Shown: positions 56,265 to 64,000 of the stretch, piece after piece
How positions within the stretch are numbered: position 1 is the stretch's first letter
Layout of the letters: each line of letters opens with the position of its first letter
Origin: the human T2T-CHM13v2.0 reference genome, Homo sapiens
Strand: one strand, 5' to 3'
Length of the DNA: 64,000 nucleotides
NCBI RefSeq assembly: GCF_009914755.1
Contig: NC_060935.1
The notes under the pieces: model-generated
What the model was told of the DNA's origin: nothing
The model's database searches: none
Seen by the model: only the letters and a program-made list of their open reading frames with translations
Made by a program: the position numbers and the translations under genes

Positions 56265-59200
56265 CATTGTGAGAAACTTCTTTGTGATGTTTGCATTCAA
56301 CTCACAGAGTTGAACCTTGCTTTCATAGTTCAGCTTTCAAACACTCTTTTTGTAGAACCTGCAAGTGCATATTTGGACCAATTTGTGGCCTTCCTTCGAA
56401 ACGGGTATATCTTCACATCAAACCTAGACAGAAGCATTCTCAGAATGTTTCCTGTGATGACTGCATTCAACTCACAGAGATGAACAATCCTGTTGATGGA
56501 GCACTTTGGAAACTGTCTTTCTTGGGATTCTGCAAGTTGATATGTGGACCTCTGTGAAGATTTCGTTGGAAACGTGTTCATCTTCACAGAAAAACTAAAC
56601 AGAAGCATTCTCAAAAACTACTTTGTGATGTTTGTGTTCCACTTCAAGAATTGAACTTTCCTCTTGACAGAGCAGCTCTGAAAACCTCTTTTTCTAGAAT
56701 CTGCAAGTGGACATTTGGAGGGCTTTGAGGCCTGTGGTGGAAAAGGAAAATCTTCACATAAAAACTAGATGGAAGCATTCTCAGAAACTACTTTGTGATG
56801 ATTGCATTCGACTCACAGAGTTGAACATTCCTATAGATAGAGCAGGTTGTAAACAATCTTTTTGTAGAATCTGCGATTGGAGATTTGGACTGCTTTGAGG
56901 CCTACTGTAGTAAAGGAAATAACTTCATCTAAAAACCAAACGGAAGCATTCACAGACAATTCTTAGTGATCATTGGATTGAACTAACACAGCTGAAAATT
57001 CCTTTAGATGGAGCAGTTTCCAAACACACTTTCTGTAGAATCTGCAAGTGGATATTTGGACCTCTCTGAGGATTTCGTTGGAAACGGGATAAACTTCCCA
57101 GAACTACACGGAAGCATTCTGAGAAACTTCTTTGTGATGTTTGCATTCAACTCACAGAGTTGAACCTTGCTTTCATAGTTCAGCTTTCAAACACTCTTTT
57201 TGTAGAATCTGCAAGTGGATATTTGGACCACTTTGTGGCCTTCCTTCGAAACGGGTATATCTTCACATCAAACCTAGACAGAAGCATTCTCAGAATGTTT
57301 CCTGTGATGACTGCATTCAACTCACAGAGGTGAACAATCCTGCTGATGGAGCAGTTTTGAAACTCTCTTTCTTTGGATTCTGCAAGTGGATATGTGGACC
57401 TCTGTGAAGATTTCGTTGGAAACGGGTTCATCTTCACAGAAAAACTAAACAGGAGCATTCTCAGAAACTGCTTTGTGATGTTTGTGTTCCACTTAAAGAA
57501 TTGAACTTTCCTCTTGACAGAGCAGCTCTGAAACCCTCTTTTTCTAGAATCTGCAAGTGGACATTTGGAGGGCTTTGAGGCCTGTGGTGGAAAAGGAAAA
57601 TCTTCACATAAAAACTTTATGGAAGCATTCTCAGAAACTTCTTTGTGATGATTGCATTCGACTCACAGAGTTGAACATTCCTATAGATAGAGCAGGTTGT
57701 AAACAATCTTTTTGTAGAATCTGCGATTGGAGATTTGGACTGCTTTGAGGCCTACTGTAGTAAAGGAAATAACTTCATCTAAAAACCAAACGGAAGCATT
57801 CACAGACAATTCTTAGTGATCATTGGATTGAACTAACAGAGCTGAACATTCCTTTAGATGGCGCAGTTTCCAAACACACTTTCTGTAGAATCTGCAAGTG
57901 GATATTTGGACCTCTCTGAGGATTTCGTTGGAAACGGTATAAACTTCCCAGAACTACACGGAAGCATTGTGAGAAAATTCTTTGTGATGTTTGCATTCAA
58001 CTCACAGAGTTGAACCTTGCTTTCATAGTTCAGCTTTCAAACACTCTTTTTGTAGAATCTGCAAGTGGATATTTGGACCACTTTGTGGCCTTCCTTCGAA
58101 ACGGGTATATCTTCCCATCAAACCTAGACAGAAGCATTCTCAGAATGTTTCCTGTGATGACTGCATTCAACTCACAGAGGTGAACAATCCTGTTGATGGA
58201 GCACTTTTGAAACTCTCTTTCTTTGGATTCTGCAAGTGGATATGTGGATCTCTGTGAAGATTTCGTTGGAAACGGGTTCATCTTCACAGAAAAACTAAAC
58301 AGAAGCATTCTCAGAAACTACTTTGTGATGTTTGTGTTCCACTTCAAGAATTGAACTTTCCTCTTGACAGAGCAGCTCTGAAACCCTCTTTTTCTAGAAT
58401 CTGCAAGTGGACATTTGGAGGGCTTTGAGGCCTGTGGTGGAAAAGGAAAATCTTCACATAAAAACTAGATGGAAGCATTCTCAGAAACTACTTTGTGATG
58501 ATTGCATTCGACTCACAGAGTTGAACATTCCTATAGATAGAGCAGGTTGTAAACAATCTTTTTGTAGAATCTGCGATTGGAGATTTGGACTGCTTTGAGG
58601 CCTACTGTAGTAAAGGAAATAACTTCATCTAAAAACCAAACGGAAGCATTCACAGACAATTCTTAGTGATCATTGCATTGAACTAACAGAGCTGAACATT
58701 CCTTTAGATGGCGCAGTTTCCAAACACACTTTCTGTAGAATCTGCAAGTGGATATTTGGACCTCTCTGAGGATTTCGTTAGAAACGGGATAAACTTCCCA
58801 GAACTACACGGAAGCATGCTGAGAAACTTCTTTGTGATGTTTGCATTCAAATCACAGAGTTGAACCTTGCTTTCATAGTTCAGCTTTCAAACACTCTTTT
58901 TGTAGAATCTGCAAGTGGATATTTGGACCACTTTGTGGCCTTCCTTCGAAACGGGTATATCTTCACATCAAACCTAGACAGAAGCATTCTCAGAATGTTT
59001 CCTGTGATGACTGCATTCAACTCACAGAGGTGAACAATCCTGCTGATGGAGCAATTTTGAAACTCTCTTTCTTTGGATTCTGCAAGTGGATATGTGGACC
59101 TCTGTGAAGATTTCGTTGGAAACGGGTTCATCTTCACAGAAAAACTAAACAGAAGCATTCTCAGAAACTGCTTTGTGATGTTTGTGTTCCACTTCAGGAA

Positions 59201-62200
59201 TTGAACTTTCCTCTTGACAGAGCAGCTCTGAAACCCTCTTATTCTAGAATCTGCAAGTGGACATTTGGAGGGCTTTGAGGCCTGTGGTGGAAAAGGAAAA
59301 TCTTCACAGAAAAACTAGATGGAAGCATTCTCAGAAACTACTTTGTGATGATTGCATTCGACTCACAGAGTTGAACATTCCTATAGATAGAGCAGTTTGT
59401 AAACAATCTTTTTGTAGAATCTGCGATTGGAGATTTGGACTGCTTTGAGTCCTACTGTAGTAAAGGAAATAACTTCATCTAAAAACCAAACGGAAGCATT
59501 CACAGACAATTCTTAGTGATCATTGCATTGAACTAACAGAGCTGAACATTCCTTTAGATGGAGCAGTTTCCAAACACACTTTCTGTAGAACCTGCAAGTG
59601 GATATTTGGACCTCTCTGAGGATTTCGTTGGAAACGGGATAAACTTCCCAGAACTACACGGAAGCATTGTGAGAAACTTCTTTGTGATGTTTGCATTCAA
59701 CTCACAGAGTTGAACCTTGCTTTCATAGTTCAGCTTTCAAACACTCTTTTTGTAGAATCTGCAAGTGGATATTTGGACCACTTTGTGGCCTTCCTTCGAA
59801 ACGGGTATATCTTCACATCAAACCTAGACAGAAGCATTCTCAGAATGTTTCCTGTGATGACTGCATTCAACTCACAGAGGTGAACAATCCTGCTGATGGA
59901 GCAGTTTTGAAACTCTCTTTCTTTGGATTCTGCAAGTGGATATGTGGACCTCTGTGAAGATTTCGTTGGAAACGGGTTCATCTTCACAGAAAAACTAAAC
60001 AGAAACATTCTCACAAACTGCTTTGTGATGTTTGTGTTCCACTTCAGGAATTGAACTTTCCTCTTGACAGAGCAGCTCTGAAACCCTCTTATTCTAGAAT
60101 CTGCAAGTGGACATTTGGAGGGCTTTGAGGCCTGTGGTGGAAAAGGAAAATCTTCACATAAAAACTAGATGGAAGCATTCTCAGAAACTACTTTGTGATG
60201 ATTGCATTCGACTCATAGATTTGAACATTCCTATAGATAGAGCAGGTTGTAAACAATCTTTTTGTAGAATCTGCGATTGGAGATTTGGACTGCTTTGAGG
60301 CCTACTGTAGTAAAGGAAATAACTTCATCTAAAAACCAAACGGAAGCATTCACAGACAATTCTTAGTGATCATTGGATTGAACTAACAGAGCTGAACATT
60401 CCTTTAGATGGCGCAGTTTCCAAACACACTTTCTGTAGAATCTGCAAGTGGATATTTGGACTTCTCTGAGGATTTCGTTGGAAACGGGATAAACTTCCCA
60501 GAACTACACGGAAGCATTGTGAGAAACTTCTTTGTGATGTTTGCATTCAACTCACAGAGTTGAACCTTGCTTTCATAGTTCAGCTTTCAAACACTCTTTT
60601 TGTAGAATCTGCAAGTGGATATTTGGACCACTTTTTGGGCTTCCTTCGAAACGGGTATATCTTCACATCAAACCTAGACAGAAACATTCTCAGAATGTTT
60701 CCTGTGATGACTGCATTCAACTCACAGAGGTGAACAATCCTGCTGATGGAGCAGTTTTGAAACTCTCTTTCTTTGGATTCTGCAAGTGGATATGTGGACC
60801 TCTGTGAAGATTTCGTTGGAAACGGGTTCATCTTCACAGAAAAACTAAACAGGAGCATTCTCAGAAACTGCTTTGTGATGTTTGTGTTCCACTTCAAGAA
60901 TTTAACTTTCCTCTTGACAGAGCAGCTCTGAAACCCTATTTTTCTAGAATATGCAAGTGGACATTTGGAGGGCTTTGAGGCCTGTGGTGGAAAAGGAAAA
61001 TCTTCACATAAAAACTAGATGGAAGCATTCTCAGAAACTACTTTGTGATGATTTCATTCGACTCACAGAGTTGAACATTCCTATAGATAGAGCAGGTTGT
61101 AAACAATCTTTTTCTAGAATCTGCGATTGGAGATTTGGACTGCTTTGAGGCCTACTGTAGTAAAGGAAATAACTTCATCTAAAAACCAAACGGAAGCATT
61201 CACAGACAATTCTTAGTGATCATTGGATTGAACTAACAGAGCTGAACATTCCTTTAGATGGAGCAGTTGCCAAACCCACTTTCTGTAGAATCTGCAAGTG
61301 GATATTTGGACTTCTCTGAGGATTTCGTGGGAAACGGGATAAACTTCCCAGAACTACACGGAAGCATTGTGAGAAACTTCTTTGTGATGTTTGCATTCAA
61401 CTCACAGAGTTGAACCTTGCTTTCATAGTTCAGCTTTCAAACACTCTTTTTGTAGAATCTGCAAGTGGATATTTGGACCACTTTGTGGCCTTCCTTCGAA
61501 ACGGGTATATCTCCACATCAAACCTAGACAGAAGCATTCTCAGAATTTTTCCTATGATGACTGCATTCAACTCACAGAGGTGAACAATCCTGCTGATGGA
61601 GCAGTTTTGAAACTCTCTTTCTTTGGATTCTGCAAGTGGATATGTGGACCTCTGTGAAGATTTCGTTGGAAACGGGTTCATCTTCACAGAAAAACTAAAC
61701 AGGAGCATTCTCAGAAACTGCTTTGTGATGTTTGTGTTCCACTTCAAGAATTGAACTTTCCTCTTGACAGAACAGCTCTGAAACCCTCTTTTTCTAGAAT
61801 CTGCAAGTGGACATTTGGAGGGCTTTGAGGCCTGTGGTGGAAAAGGAAAATCTTCACATAAAAACTAGATGGAAGCATTCTCAGAAACTACTTTGTGATG
61901 ATTGCATTCGACTCACAGAGTTGAACATTCCTATAGATAGAGCAGGTTGTAAACAATCTTTTTCTAGAATCTGCGATTGGAGATTTGGACTGCTTTGAGG
62001 CCTACTGTAGTAAAGGAAATAACTTCATCTAAAAACCAAACGGAAGCATTCACAGACAATTCTTAGTGATCATTGCATTGAACTAACAGAGCTGAACATT
62101 CCTTTAGATGGCGCAGTTTCCAAACACACTTTCTGTAGAATCTGCAAGTGGATATTTGGACCTCTCGGAGGATTTCGTTGGAAACGGGATAAACTTCCCA

Positions 62201-64000
62201 GAACTACACGGAAGCATTGTGAGAAACTTCTTTGTGATGTTTGCATTCAACTCACAGAGTTGAACCTTGCTTTCATAGTTCAGCTTTCAAACACTCTTTT
62301 TGTAGAATCTGCAAGTGGATATTTGGACCACTTTGTGGCCTTCCTTCGAAACGGGTATATCTTCACATCAAACCTAGACAGAAGCATTCTCAGAATGTTT
62401 CCTGTGATGACTGCATTCAACTCACAGAGGTGAACAATCCTGCTGATGGAGCAGTTTTGAAACTCTCTTTCTTTGGATTCTGCAAGTGGATATGTTGACC
62501 TCTGTGAAGATTTCGTTGGAAACGGGTTCATCTTCATAGAAAAACTAAACAGGAGCATTCTCAGAAACTGCTTTGTGATGTTTGTGTTCCACTTAAAGAA
62601 TTGAACTTTCCTCTTGACAGAGCAGCTCTGAAACCCTCTTTTTCTAGAATCTGCAAGTGGACATTTGGAGGGCTTTGAGGCCTGTGGTGGAAAAGGAAAA
62701 TCTTCACATAAAAACTTTATGGAAGCATTCTCAGAAACTTCTTTGTGATGATTGCATTCGACTCACAGAGTTGAACATTCCTATAGATAGAGCAGGTTGT
62801 AAACAATCTTTTTGTAGAATCTGCGATTGGAGATTTGGACTGCTTTGAGGCCTACTGTAGTAAAGGAAATTACTTCATCTAAAAACCAAACGGAAGCATT
62901 CACAGACAATTCTTAGTGATCATTGGATTGAACTAACAGAGCTGAACACTCCTTTAGATGGAGCAGTTTCCAAACCCACTTTCTGTAGAATCTGCAAGTG
63001 GATATTTGGACTTCTCTGAGGATTTCTTTGGAAACGGGATAAACTTCCCAGAACTACACGGAAGCATTGTGAGAAACTTCTTTGTGATGTTTGCATTCAA
63101 CTCACAGAGTTGAACCTTGTTTTCATAGTTCAGCTTTCAAACACTCTTTTTGTAGAATCTGCAAGTGGATATTTGGACCACTTTGTGGCCTTCCTTCGAA
63201 ACGGGTATATCTTCACATCAAACCTAGACAGAAACATTCTCAGAATGTTTCCTGTGATGACTGCATTCAACTCACAGAGGTGAACAATCCTGTTGATGGA
63301 GCACTTTTGAAACTCTCTTTCTTTGGATTCTGCAAGTTGATATGTGGACCTCTGTGAAGATTTCGTTGGAAACGGGTTCATCTTCACAGAAAAACTAAAC
63401 AGAAGCATTCTCAGAAACTACTTTGTGATGTTTGTGTTCCACTTCAAGAATTGAACTTTCCTCTTGACAGAGCAGCTCTGAAACCCTCTTTTTCTAGAAT
63501 CTGCAAGTGGACATTTGGAGGGCTTTGAGGCCTGTGGTGGAAAAGGAAAATCTTCACATAAAAACTAGATGGAAGCATTCTCAGAAACTACTTTGTGATG
63601 ATTGCATTCGACTCACAGAGTTGAACATTCCTATAGATAGAGCAGGTTGTAAACAATCTTTTTGTAGAATCTGCGATTGGAGATTTGGATTGCTTTGAGG
63701 CCTACTGTAGTAAAGGAAATAACTTCATCTAAAAACCAAACGGAAGCATTCACAGAAAATTCTTAGTGATCATTGCATTGAACTAACAGAGGTGAACATT
63801 CCTTTAGATGGCGCAGTTTCCAAACACACTTTCTGTAGAATCTGCAAGTGGATATTTGGACCTCTCTGAGGATTTCGTTGGAAACGGGATAAACTTCCCA
63901 GAACTACACGGAAGCATTGTGAGAAACTTCTTTGTGATGTTTGCATTCAACTCACAGAGTTGAACCTTGCTTTCATAGTTCAGCTTTCAAACACTCTTTT

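Larger units (their letters stand above)
1..64000 (+). repeat. D11Z1: Centromeric alpha-satellite higher-order-repeat array, 850-bp 5-mer (D11Z1-type, human chr11, SF3)
   Basis: Canonical alphoid motifs (CATTCTCAGAAACT..TTTGTGATG, CATTCAACTCACAGAGTTGAAC, GAATCTGCAAGTGGATATTTGG) recur every ~170 bp. The ORF track repeats at an 850-bp period (25, 875, 1725 ... 63091), giving 75 units plus a partial one. An XbaI site TCTAGA occurs in most units (e.g. 427-432). The alpha-satellite call is certain. The chr11 assignment rests on established knowledge that D11Z1 is a 0.85-kb XbaI pentamer, not on a database search. Confidence 0.93.

Noticed and set aside
25-63698. Recurrent 88-, 63- and 92-105-aa ORFs
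   Set aside because: They are translations of the satellite repeating every 850 bp. Most begin at non-ATG codons (e.g. TTG at 25, GTG at 441), they overlap on both strands, have no recognisable domain, and are freely broken by stops and frameshifts.
1-64000. CRISPR-like array (conserved motifs separated by variable segments)
   Set aside because: The variable segments are homologous monomer parts that repeat every 850 bp rather than unique spacers, and there are no cas genes.
1-64000. Transposon insertion, inversion or foreign sequence
   Set aside because: The phase is continuous apart from a few 1-bp indels and one +167-bp event, and the strand never switches.
1-64000. Possibility that this is a simulated (GRCh38-style modelled) centromere sequence
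   Set aside because: Rare variants stay linked and collinear over 2-3 kb blocks, which a short-memory monomer model would be unlikely to produce. Read-level checks are still needed for individual junctions.
1-64000. Assigning this window to the kinetochore/CENP-A domain
   Set aside because: That domain is defined epigenetically and cannot be read from sequence alone.
1-64000. A previously undescribed biological system
   Set aside because: Everything seen is explained by a known alpha-satellite HOR array and its internal recombination history.

Overview
The whole 64 kb window is one uninterrupted, single-orientation array of primate alpha satellite. It is organised as an 850-bp, 5-monomer higher-order repeat (HOR): 75 near-complete units plus a partial one at the right edge. 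The 850-bp pentamer, the B-B-B-A-A box order and the once-per-unit XbaI site match the human chromosome 11 centromeric array D11Z1 (suprachromosomal family 3). I see no genes, RNA genes, transposons, CRISPR arrays or inversions; all listed ORFs are by-products of the repeat. I found no new biological system. The informative signal is the array's mutational history, read by eye: (1) one 6-monomer, 1017-bp HOR whose hybrid monomer joins two different HOR lineages through a 28-bp identity block and adds a CENP-B box; (2) many nested multi-HOR duplications at offsets of 2 to about 19 HORs; (3) an amplified HOR sub-lineage that has lost a CENP-B box; (4) a fixed degenerate CENP-B box in every unit; (5) few CpG transitions relative to transversions. 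HORs are numbered from the window start (HOR1 starts at about 1, HOR2 at 849). Counts and block boundaries are manual and approximate.
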